Below, piece after piece: positions 1 through 11,000 of a stretch of 35,097 nt of DNA; the stretch's first letter is position 1, and each line of letters begins with the position of its first letter. The notes below the pieces were generated by a model, which worked only from the letters and a program-made list of their open reading frames with translations, was not told the origin of the DNA and did not search any database. Source of the stretch: Octopus bimaculoides (Eukaryota); NCBI RefSeq assembly GCF_001194135.2, contig NC_068981.1, positions 14,074,670-14,109,766 of the forward strand. The letters run 5' to 3'. The position numbers were made by a program, and so were the translations under genes.

Positions 1-34
1 TCTTCTTCTTCTTCTTCTTCTTCTTCTTCTTCTT

Positions 35-105
<71 letters not shown>

Positions 106-108
106 TGT
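1..108. repeat. Compound trinucleotide microsatellite (CTT)n then (ATT)n; another (ATT)n tract at about 245-296
   Basis: Directly visible tandem repeats. Confidence 0.98.
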
Positions 109-246
109 TATAGTTATTTATACTTTTGTTAGTATTACTGCTATAGTATTATTATTACTAATGTTAATATAATTGGCATTTTTATACTAAAAACAACAAT
201 ATTAATATCAAAAATAATAATAATGAATTACTATTATTATCATTAA

Positions 247-306
<60 letters not shown>

Positions 307-924
307 TATTACTAACATCACGATTATTGTTATTGTTGCTTTTGTTAGATAAATAAGCAAATCAAAACACAATCACCAAAATAATCTTTTAGGGGATTAA
401 TTTAGAACGAATGGCTTCAAGTACAAGACAGTAAGGCTGTCAAAGTTAATCTCTTAAGTGAAGATTGAAGAAATCAAGTATGGAACTAACAAAAATGCTT
501 GGAAGAATGTTAGAATGGCATCGTGTGCACATACACACACACACATTCACATACATACGCACACGCAAGGAATCGTATATCCGAGGGGATATACATACGT
601 CCATACGTGCAATGACATGCTAATAGGCACAGAAACATGCATACGTTTAAATACATAAAGTGATACTTATATATACGCAAATACACACACACACACTCGC
701 ATATACATATAAACACACATACATGCATACATATGTACACATTCATTCACAAATACATGCGTCACTAGATTTTTCGTGTTGTTTAAATTTCGTTGTTCCT
801 GTGTAAAGGACCACAGTTTTCTCTAGAAGAAGGTGCTTAAATTTATATACGCCTATAGGAGCAGTAGTCGCCCCTTACGTGCATTACTACCATGATTCTA
901 TCTTGAAATGTGGGTAATTCTAAA

Positions 925-1113
925 TAATGACCATCGCCACAAGAACTGACGAAAATATTGGTTTCAAAGATTGGTCCAAAACCAGGAACTTTGTGGGAAT
1001 GCTCAACAAGCACTTTTTTCAACTAAGGCAAAGATAACTTCGGCGGAATTTGAACGTAAAGACAGACAAAACGCCACTAAACATTTTACCTATTCTGCCA
1101 GCTCACCGCCTTA
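925..1113 (-). mobile_element. Degenerate tRNA-derived SINE, same head as the 7158/8886/31487 family; boundaries approximate
   Basis: Minus strand reads taaggcggtgagctggcagaat...gttcaaattccgccgaag, matching the heads of other copies in this window (A-box and B-box-like segments). Confidence 0.8.
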
Positions 1114-1376
1114 CAACGGTCGATTATATTAAAACTAACACATTCCTGTTTTAGAATCAGATAATTACATACGTTGATATCTGAATATCACAAAAATAAT
1201 TACAATCTACGCAAATATGTCTAACGTCGTACGTTTGTATTATTTCACGCCATCACTTAGCTTCTTGAATTAGTTTCTGGAATATATTTTTGAAAACATC
1301 TAAATTCTTAGGTTCCATAGAGCATTGAACTTTTCATATACATTCTATTCCATTCTAGAATAAAATAGCCAAGTAT

Positions 1377-1670
1377 ATGTGTTGTTGTTGTTTGTTCCCT
1401 CTCGAGCCATTCCTGGCTCATAATGGCCGGTTTCCGGTTTCATTGGCGCATAGATTCCCCACCTGGACGGGACGATGGTCCGTCACAGGTGAACTGTTAG
1501 ATGTAGGAGGAAAGAATGAGAGAAAGTTGTGGCAAAAGAGTCAGCAGAAGTTTTCCATTACCTTCTGTTGGAGCCGCGTGGAATTTCAATGATTCTCTTA
1601 TAAACACACACATCACCCGGCCTGAGATTCTACCCCGCGATCCCGCCGCTCTAACCACTAGGTCATGTGG
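1377..1670 (-). mobile_element. tRNA-derived SINE of a different family; boundaries approximate
   Basis: Minus strand starts with a tRNA-like head (tagtggttagagcgg A-box; gg..gaatctc B-box-like). The body gagccattcctggctcataatggccggtttcc resembles a common octopus repeat as I recall it. Confidence 0.65.
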
Positions 1671-1844
1671 TTCAACCCTAGTATATAGATAGATAGCTAG
1701 ATAGATAGATAGATAGATAGATATATGTGTGTGTATGCGTATATAATACTTTTACTTGATTCAGTCAGACGACTGCGGTCATGCTTGAGCACCATCATGG
1801 ATACGAGAGCAGTATGTGTGTGTATGTGTGTATAATGAGAGAGA

Positions 1845-1885
<41 letters not shown>

Positions 1886-2324
1886 GGGGAGAAATAAAGA
1901 CGGAGGGAAAGAGACATCATAAAGAAGAGTAGAGAATTATACATCCTAAAAATATTTTTATTACTCATTAAACTCCAGTCCGACAGGTGTTTCTCTTGGA
2001 TAAGTGTCCTAATGTCCTTTCATGTAGCTATGTGTATTTAGGTGATTCAATATACATTTATCCGAAGCAGACATTTCTACGCAGCTTCGTTCAAAGTTTT
2101 TCCCATGCCGGGAGATCGAACTGAGGATTCAAGTGTAAAATAGTCCTTAAAGTATATTCTAGATGAGAGATCATAAAGCCTTGGAGTACATGACACTACG
2201 AATCAGTTTGATTCGTTTCAAATGCAATATTTTTTTAGAATTTTAGGAAATAATTTAATATATATACACTTAATTGTAGTAAAAAATCCTTAGGTCAGGA
2301 ATCGAAAGAAGAGGAAATAAATAA

Positions 2325-2445
2325 ATACCGTACAGGGTATCGAGACCGGTCCATAGGAGTAAAATTTTATATATATGTTATTTTTTATCGTGTCAATCTC
2401 TTTTTTACTGAGTTCTACCTGTAGCCTCACAGGATCATCAGGAAG
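2325..2445. mobile_element. Two opposed remnants of Penelope-type minimal hammerheads
   Basis: Plus strand: hairpin ATACC-gtacag-GGTAT (2325-2340), then C-GAGA-CCGG-T-C; this is stem II, a mutated GAAA, the palindromic stem III and the UH site, with no CUGANGA. Minus strand: CTGATGA (2441-2435), then hairpin CCTGT-gaggct-ACAGG, with a degenerate GAAA. Confidence 0.45.
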
Positions 2446-2642
2446 GTTATGATTAAAAATTGATAGAACAAGTAAACCTAGTTTTCTTGAGAGTCGTGGT
2501 AGAAAGAATGTGTGATAAAATGGTATTCGTGTGCGTGTATGTGTGTGTGTGTTCAATTATTAATTTTACATTAATCTGATGGATTACTCTGTACTTTTGT
2601 ACAGTGCAAATCTATTATTCTGAAATAACATTATTGTTCATA

Positions 2643-3000
2643 GGCGTAGGAGTGGCTGTGTGGTAAGTAGCTTGCTTACCAACCACATGGTTCCAGGTTC
2701 AGTCCCACTATGTGGCACCTTGGGCAAGTGTCTTCTACTATAGCCTCGGGCCGACCAAAGCCATGTGTGTGGATTTGGTAGACGGAAACTGAAAGAAGCC
2801 CGTCGTATATATGTACATATATATGTGTGTGTGTATATGTTTGTGTGTCTGTGTTTGTCCCCCAACATCGCTTGACAACCGATGCTGGTGTGTTTACGTC
2901 CCCGTAAAGAGGCCGATAGAATAAGTACTAGGCTTACAAAGAATAAGTCGTGGCCACAGCCAAATCACTGAAACAAGTAAAAGATTTAAAGAGTAAAAGA
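2643..3000 (+). mobile_element. tRNA-derived composite SINE (ggagtggctgtgtggtaag family)
   Basis: Head ggagtggctgtgtggtaagtagcttgc...ggttcagtccc; homologous copies at 20124 (+) and 33762-34183 (-); internal (TG)n tract. Confidence 0.9.
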
Positions 3001-3483
3001 TTATTTATAGATCCATAATCTTATAAAATGACTTCGAATTTTCGGTTAGCGCGCCTGCATCAAACTATCTAATGAAGATGAGAAAGTAGAAACTTTCAAT
3101 CAATGTGCACTCTCCTCAAACATATTTAGTAATCTTTCAATATACTACCGAATGTTTGAATACATATTTTGTCTAACTCAACATCAAAGTAAACATTGTG
3201 CAAGAATTTATAAAGAATATAATAAACAAATGGAGTTATGTAAGATCCAACAGAGCAAATGTCTAGAAATATGCGGAAACAACAGATTCCAGATTTTTCC
3301 TTTCTATGAATAGCCAAGGGATGATCCAAAATACCGGAAGGAAATGGAAATACATTTTATAAAAAACAAAATTTCACCAAAAGTAAATCTATAAAAAAAT
3401 ATATAAAATCATGAGAAATTTTTATTAGATAAAAAAATATTTCCGGGTGAACAAAACCAAATAATTCGATATTGTTGATATTG

Positions 3484-3689
3484 NNNNNNNNNNNNNNNNN
3501 NNNNNNNNNNNNNNNNNNNNNNNNNNNNNNNNNNNNNNNNNNNNNNNNNNNNNNNNNNNNNNNNNNNNNNNNNNNNNNNNNNNNNNNNNNNNNNNNNNNN
3601 NNNNNNNNNNNNNNNNNNNNNNNNNNNNNNNNNNNNNNNNNNNNNNNNNNNNNNNNNNNNNNNNNNNNNNNNNNNNNNNNNNNNNNNNN
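3484..3689. other. Assembly gap; other gaps at about 15992-16079, 17543-18326, 21842-22387, 29785-30109, 33335-33344 and 34211-34220
   Basis: N runs, most flanked by microsatellites. Confidence 0.99.
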
Positions 3690-5515
3690 ATATATATTTG
3701 TGTGTGTGTGTAAAACTTAGATAAAACTTAGATTTGTTTCAACCAAAGATTGGTCCCGGCCATGTCTAACTTAATAGCACCACCTGATAGGGTTATCTAA
3801 ATCCTTTTTACAGTCAAGTTTGGTCTATGGTCCATTCAAGTAGTGAGTTCTTATTGAGTGAGTTGTATCCAGGTATACATATAAATCCAGTGAACATTTA
3901 AACACATAAGAGATGGTCATAACAGGACATCTAACCCGCTAGAAATAGTGATTAAGTTCAAAACCACTATTAGGTTAATTTCGAAAAGGAATGAATAATA
4001 AAAACGTTGTCCTATTATGGCCATCTCTTATGTGTTGTTTAAATGTACACTGTATTTATATGAATAATACATAGTTAGTCTATTGACTAGTTTTTTTCTT
4101 CTCGCTAGACCACTGGTAGCAAAATATTTCTTTTTTTTTTTTTTTTTTTTTTGCTACTCTGAAATTTATTAATATATATATATATATTTCATATTCTGTA
4201 TTTTTTTCTACAAACTTCAGCATATTCTGAGTTCTGTATTCTTGTTATTTTCTAGTATACAGCTATGATCAACACACTATGACTTCCAACCACATCTATC
4301 CCTTTTCCTGTAGCTTTCTTCAATTACGCATGCATAATCTACTCGGAAAACACGACAAGCCAAAACCTTAGATTTTCTGTGAGCGTTGACCTCGAAGATA
4401 ACCTCTAATGCGGATGTGCTAATCGTGTCATTTCGGCAGCAATAATACACAAACACTAATTATATATTTAAAGTGGTATCACATAACAACCCGCAGCATC
4501 ATATTCAGCATGAAAGCGGAGCACTCACAGTTACTCTCTAAATATTGAATCATACGACGATTACACATAGTGAAAGGACAACCCGAATATCGCTAGAATT
4601 GCTTCCATACCATCGTTTTTATCTATGCAGTGTGAGAAGATATTTCCACCTGCAATAATTATGAAGATACCTATGGATGTGTATTCCCCCCGCATCAAGG
4701 ACGGCACAGATGCAATTTCATATAGGCATTTTGGACTGATTGATTTAAACACACGCACAGCCTCACATTAACATGTGGAACATATGCGCGTTTTTTCACC
4801 TCTAGCTTTTCTATCTATATTCTGTTGGACACTGCTTCTTGTTGTGTCTACTCCATCAAGAGGCCGCACAAAGCAACACGTTCAGTCTCTCCTTCTCAAG
4901 AATTTTACCATCTGCAAAGGAAATTTAACTGCGAAATACACGAGCAACACCGTTACGTTCTGATCCAGCAATTGAGATACGTGTGTATGTGTGTGTGTGT
5001 GCGCGAAGGACAGTGACGGATGTATGCCTCATTATAAAGAAATGGTCAAATCAGATTTTCTATTTCCTAAGTATAACTCCTCGCAGCTTGTGTTTTTGGT
5101 CGTATAGTGCAATTTGAATCTTAAGAATTAAAAAGCTGTTAAGCTCTAGCATTTACAGCATTAAGAAGACTAAAGCACTCGATCTAAAAGAGACAGCATA
5201 TCAACCAGCAACAAAAATATTACCTTCATAATCTAACTTCATCGCCATTCGCCAAGTAACCATAGCAAATTTGAAACAAAATTTCTGAGGATACATGTTG
5301 TCTATAAGTCTAAACACGATGTTTAGGATCTATTGCAAGGATGCGATTACGAGAAAGTAAAAATAGGTCCATTAGAAATATCTACACATTATCCAGTCTA
5401 CTACAGAGATAACACAATGGCTGAAATTTCTGCTGTATAATCTTAAGGTATGCTTTATGTATTTATATTTACGTAACATTAGTTCCTTATTGCATTATTT
5501 GTACACTCAGACACA

Positions 5516-5552
<37 letters not shown>

Positions 5553-5553
<1 letters not shown>

Positions 5554-5840
5554 CCTTTTTGTTTGTTTATTTCACCGTTTCGTTTTCCTGTCTTGTTTTC
5601 CGTCCGCCACTACCCTCCACGAAAACAATTTAATTTGTGTTCGTGGGAAGAGCCATTTTAACGATGCGTACTGCCTTAATTCTTCGAAACGCCGGAGTTT
5701 TAATGGTGGCAGCTGATGAAGGGGATGTTTCTATGTGGCCTGCTTGTTTGTTGCACCTTTTTTTACCATTTTGTCCTTGTTCTTTTTCCACGTCATGTAC
5801 CCAGTTATGTATCTATATGTACATGTAGATGAATGTATAT
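5553..5840 (+). mobile_element. Penelope/retrozyme-like repeat carrying the permuted hammerhead; inserted next to (TA)n; boundaries approximate
   Basis: Homologous to 13315-13468 (-) and 34240-35089 (-). Shared blocks: taccctcc...atttaatttg...tttta.cga, ctgatgaa, ttct.tatgt.g..tg, catgtac. Confidence 0.7.
5666..5725 (+). ncRNA. Hammerhead ribozyme core with non-circularly permuted strand order (predicted cleavage after GUA, A5670)
   Basis: GCG-U-A (5666-5670), CUGCC (5671-75), UUAAU linker, UCUUC (5681-85), GAAA (5686-89), CGC (5690-92), 15-nt linker, GGCAG (5708-12), CUGAUGA (5713-19), A, GGGGA (5721-25). Stem I is CUGCC/GGCAG, stem II GGGGA/UCUUC, stem III CGC/GCG plus A15.1-U16.1. All conserved core nucleotides are present. 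Confidence 0.7.
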
Positions 5841-7031
5841 ACATACATGTACATATATATGCATATACTCATATATTGTTTATATATATATATACATACA
5901 TACATATGTGTATATATATGCACATATGTATACATATTTATACACACACACACACATACATGTGTGTATGTATGTGTGTGTATATACGCACATGTGTACG
6001 TATATGCGTGTCTGCGTTTAGGGGCATACATGTATTGCGTCTCTCACATCGTCTATTTGTTGTTTCTCATCCACACATCCACTCCTTGTCTTTCTGTCTG
6101 TCCTTTCTGTCTGTCTGTCTGTCTGTCTCATCAACTCTGCATATATATATATGTGTGTGTATGTGTGTACGTGTGTGTACGTGTGATTTAATGACATCTT
6201 CGTATGAAACCTCTTATGCCTTTATTATTATTTAGTGTGGAGTATTAACTCTTTTGTTGTAATAACTTGGCTCTGTGAAAATCGATTTTATAATGAATAG
6301 GCCGTGTAATTACAGTAGCCTCACAACGTCCGCAAAGAAGATTTCAATTGAACTCTTCCATTATTGAATATCAGAAGGAATTTCATTGCTAGAATAAAAT
6401 TGATTCAAAATAGGCGCAAATGTTTCGAAATTTCGAAATCAATTTCATAACCACGTTATTATACGCGCTTAAAAATGGAGAAAGAAAATGTAATGACATA
6501 GGCAAGTATAAGAAAAGAGAAAATAGGACGGGTAGAAAGAGAACAATGGATATTATGAACGATATACTAAGCACATCCCATACACAGTCACACGTACATG
6601 CAATCACTTTGTATTTTCTTTAAGATTGTTTCCTAGTCAACAGAATCTCAAGCGCCCTTTTTTCTTCTTCATATTAATCTCATTTAAGCCTTACCCAAAC
6701 AATAGCTACCTTTCTTTAAAATAGTATTCGGACGTGTGTCTTGATCATGAATATGCCCTGATTCAAGGTATATTGTGTATACCTTGAATTTACATTATTG
6801 GGGACACACTATACATTAATTTGAAATAGGCTTGCATCGCAAGGAATATATCGGTGACGACCTTATTTCAACTAATTTACAGTGTTTCTTCTTTTTTTTC
6901 TTTCTGGTAGATATCAATATACACCTATTCAATCTATTTTATGTAATTATGCATCATTTTCTAAACTGCATTGAAGCATGCAACTCTTCTATATAGATTA
7001 CCTCTTTGTACCTGTTCTAACAACAATCCTC

Positions 7032-7157
<126 letters not shown>

Positions 7158-7377
7158 GGGAGGCGAGCTGGAAGAAGCGTTATCACGCCGGGCGAAATGC
7201 TTAGCGGTATTTTGTCTGCCGTTACGTTCTGAGTTCAAACTCCGCCGAGGTCGACTTTGCCATTCATCCTTTCAGGATCGATTAAATAAGTACCAGTTAC
7301 GCACTGGGGTCGGTGTAATCGGCTTAAACCCTTTGTTTGTCCCCTCTATGTTTAGCCCCGCTGTGGGCAATTAAGAA
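7158..7377 (+). mobile_element. tRNA-derived SINE (aggcgg/cgagctggcagaa family)
   Basis: Head ggcgagctgg...gttctgagttcaaactccgccgaggtcgactttgcc; close homologs at 8886 and 31487; flanked by (AAT)n. Confidence 0.9.
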
Positions 7378-7424
7378 TTTCATAATAATAATAAAAATAA
7401 TAGCAATGATAATGATAATGATTT

Positions 7425-8313
7425 CATTTATTTGCCAAGAGGGCGAAGGATGAAGGGGCAATAAGACGACAGACATAAACTGTGGCGGTTTACATATAAC
7501 GAAATGATAAAGAGAAATAAATATAAAGTAAATATGTACGGAATATGCTGAAAAAGAAGAGACATGCATAGCATACAAAAGTTCAAAAATAAAAATAAAA
7601 ATCTGAGGAGAGGATGATAGAGAAGTGGCCTTCCAGATACAGAAATATCTCTAGTGATAATCATGGAACCACACTGTCCGAGATTTCCCTGAAACCCCAA
7701 GTGCGCTCTCCAATTTCTTCTCTCCGACTCACAAGTCTACACTTAGAGAGGTACCATCCACTTTTGCCATTTTCGCAACTTTCGCCCACCATTCAATAAA
7801 CTCACTCGAGGGCAACAATTCCCTCTCCACTATCAATTTCCTTTTCGAGTGAAACTTGAAAATCTCAATTAAAGCTATACAAAAGAGGAGTGTATCTGTC
7901 CTTATGCCTTTCAGCCTTGTCCACCAAACAAACCCTTTCGTCACAGCCGCACAGGCAAAGAGATACTGTCTTACCTGCCCAATTGAAGGATGGTGGTGGT
8001 GCGATCATCAACTACAGACTCGGCCGACAAACAGATCCGTTCCACACGTGACAGCAGCCATTCGACATAGCCTCACAATTCAGCAATGCCCGAACGAAGG
8101 CGTGCAGAACGGTTTCATCAGTCTGCGCACACCTCGGACAAGCCCATCTGACAGCACATCCGTGCCTGTAGAGTTTATCTCGAACCGGTAGCGCACCCCA
8201 CCCCCGGTAGCCCTGCCAGGTCAAGGACATCTGGAAATTATCCATGATCATTCCCGACCGGAAAATCCTCCAGAACACACAAGCCAGTTCGTTCTCGTCA
8301 GTGCCCAGAGTCT
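7425..8313 (-). mobile_element. 5'-truncated Tx1-like (L1 clade) LINE: ORF2 C-terminus with zf-RVT-type zinc finger, plus 3' UTR
   Basis: Frameshifted translation ...DNFQMSLTWQ...GALPVRDKLYRHG...ACPRCAQTDETVLHAF...KGFVWWTRLKG...FKFHSKRKLIVERE...VDL* (stop at 7729). CxxC...H finger; AATAAA and an (ATTATC)-like tail near 7430-7400. Confidence 0.8.
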
Positions 8314-8852
8314 TCCACTCTCACCTGTCATATCTGTCGACATTTCTTTATTTCTTATCGCATGCCTTGTTGTCAGCTGGGCATGCTATATCTATGATCC
8401 AGCATTCTTTGTTTCTTTCTTAATTAACATTATGTCTGGTTTCCTATACTCTATCTCTGGTCGTACTGAGCCATAACACTTCATAGGTTCTTTGCATTAT
8501 CATTTTTTTTTTATACTTTGGGTATATATTCCTACCACTTTTTTGCTTTGTCAAGTCCACACTTGTTGCAAAGTGTCAAATAGACAATCCTTGCTATATT
8601 GTCATGAGGTCTCGTATACTCTTTCTGGGCTAGTGGCGTACATTGATTGGTAATATGCCATACGGTTTCACCATTTTGTGAACAGATTCTGCACTTATCA
8701 CTTTCTGTATTTGATGTAATTCGTTCTTAGTGCTTGCTCTTGGGCAGCACAGATTAGAGCCTCCGTTTCCGGTTTTAAATCAATTTTAGTCTTATCACCA
8801 ACATCCCTATGAGATTGTCCATGCACTCTTTTCTTTATATACCTATTTTCAG
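8314..8852 (-). mobile_element. Fragment of an RLE-type (R4/Dong-like) non-LTR retrotransposon: CCHC finger and restriction-like endonuclease
   Basis: Degenerate translation HGQSHRDV...KPETEALICAAQEQALRTNYIKY...CRICSQNGETVWHI...HDNIARIV...RKPDIMLI...VDRYDR, motifs typical of this LINE group. Confidence 0.85.
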
Positions 8853-8885
8853 TTATTATTATTATTATTATTATCATTATTATTG

Positions 8886-9204
8886 AATGCGGTGAGTTGG
8901 CAGAATCGTTAGCACGCCGGTATTTCGTCTGCCGCTTGGTTCTGAGTTCAAATTCCGCCGAGTTCGACTTTGCCTTTCATCTTTTCGGGGTCGATAAAAT
9001 AATTACCAGTTACGAACTGCAGTCATGTAATCGACCAGCCCCCTTCCCAAAAAAATTTCAAAGCATTGTGCAAATCTGTAGTATTGAGCAGAATATTTAC
9101 TGTAGTGCATCTTTTATACCAAGACAAATCAATGTACATGATAATACTTCCAATCAGTTAAGATCAGAAACCACGAGAACCACTGTCTGGTACTGCATCA
9201 GGGC

Positions 9205-9207
<3 letters not shown>
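8886..9207 (+). mobile_element. tRNA-derived SINE, same head family as 7158; a second short copy at about 9238-9345
   Basis: gcggtgagttggcagaatcgttagcacgcc...gttctgagttcaaattccgccgag; flanked by (ATT)n. Confidence 0.85.
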
Positions 9208-9235
<28 letters not shown>

Positions 9236-10812
9236 GTATGAGCTGAGAGAATTGTTTGCACACAGGACAAAACACTTAGCAGCATTTGTTGTCTAATTAG
9301 GTCCTGAGTTCAAATTCTGAAGCTGCCGACTTTGCGTTGTTTTTTTCTGTAGAGAAATACATCCTTATTTCGTCGAAATAAAAAAAAGGAAATATGTATG
9401 CATGAAGACCAAATTAAAGCGACGAGTTTTCGTCCCTTGGCATAATGGCTATGTTGACAAATGCCCAACATTTAGAATGCTGTTGAAGGTCTTATTGCTT
9501 TCCTTTTCTTGTTAATAATGTGAATTCCCCATCGCAGGAAGAGCATCATTCATTATCTCTTGAAACTGAGGCTGGATTGTATCCTGAGGCCGGAAACGTG
9601 TCTGAAGTTTTACAACAGAGTGTACTCGTCTAAAGGCAGTAACTTTAGTTTAGACGAGTGAGAGATCAAACGTAACATCCATTGTCTAGATGGAGTTAAC
9701 ATTAATTAATTACCGAGGTATAAAGAAGGCTTCGGAATTATAGGGATAATGAATTGTGGTGAATTTTATTCTTTGATGTATGAGATTTGATTTACCAAGT
9801 ATATTCTACTGAAACGGAGGAACCTGATCTGTCTTTCATAAAAAAAAAAAAAAAATAGCTATCTCACTTTCTGATTACAGTTTTCGAATCACTAACAGAA
9901 ACAAGAAATTAGAAGTGACGGACCATGTCGCTGTTATAAATGGCTTCAATTAAGCAGTGAAAATATGTGTTATTCTCAGTTATGTTCCTATTTTTCACAG
10001 CCTCCAGGACATATGTATTGACTTTGGATAGATGTACTTCACACTGATGTATCAATCTCATAGTAAATAATGTATTTCTTGGAAGCACAGCCTAGTTATC
10101 TCCCGTTTTCATTTACTGTGAAAAATATTTCAGTAATTGACTTTGTCAGTATCTGTGTCAGTAACATTACTTGCACGTAAACAAATATCGATTTTTTTTT
10201 TTTATAATGTAGCACAAGAGCAATCATGTAGTACAAATGGTAAATACGATTATTTGATATTCTTAAGTGTTGCATTAAGCATTACAAACTCAGAAAAATC
10301 TGCATCTAAATATCACCATAAATTCAACAGCGAAATTTTCTAAAGGGTATACAGCAAAAGCTTATATATTTCAAGAAGTTATAGCTAAATTGTTAAAATG
10401 AATAAATATATCAGCACTATATGCCATAAATATCATCTGAATTCTCTTTATATACATGTGATATTAATGCCTATAATGATACTCTTTGCCTAAGACTTAT
10501 TATGCTAGAAGACGAGCTAAAGACAAAGAAATACATAACATTATATATGAGAGTTGATCAATGTAATCTGAATGTGTAGGTTATCTATCAACACCCTATA
10601 CATTATCAACTCATAATAACATTGGATATATATTTCAAGACGCAGAGCGTAATTTATAAAAGAGATGATAACATTTATAACGTGACCTCATCAATAGGTT
10701 ATATTTTCGGCTAATATATCTATTACACAAGCAAAATGTCTACACTTTCATAAACATGTGTACGAATAATTTAAAGCTACTGTCTCTGCCTCTCTCCATC
10801 GCGGACTATTTA

Positions 10813-10848
10813 CACACACACGCACACGCACGCACACACACACACACA

Positions 10849-10913
<65 letters not shown>

Positions 10914-11000
10914 TAGAGAGAGAGAGAGAGAGAGACAGAGAGAGAGAGAGACAGAGAGAGAGAAAGAGAGAGAGAGAGAGACAGAGAAAGAGAGAGAGAG
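10813..11000. repeat. Compound dinucleotide microsatellite (CA)n(TA)n(GA)n; similar tracts at 15670-15721, 16080-16200, 19631-19670, 20525-20680, 23180-23360, 29270-29340 and 33955-34030
   Basis: Directly visible; these tracts produce most of the spurious THTH/VCVC/YIYI ORFs. Confidence 0.98.

Noticed and set aside
575-608. Perfect 8-bp hairpin GTATATCC-gagg-GGATATAC followed by ATA-CG-T-C
   Set aside because: It could be a decayed HHR stem II, but both CUGANGA and GAAA are absent.
4775-4963. ORF with a signal-peptide-like start (MRVFSPLAFLSIFCWTLLLVVST); similarly MKAKFLRCAISVLVVTSMNA on minus at about 30440-30516
   Set aside because: No good splice donor or mature-peptide motifs; hydrophobic runs arise readily from T-rich sequence.
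5285-5322. CTGAGGA...AAACACGA resembling the 29.6-kb hammerhead; also CTGAAGA...GAAA-AG-TC at about 26593-26620
   Set aside because: No convincing stem II or stem I in either; likely chance.
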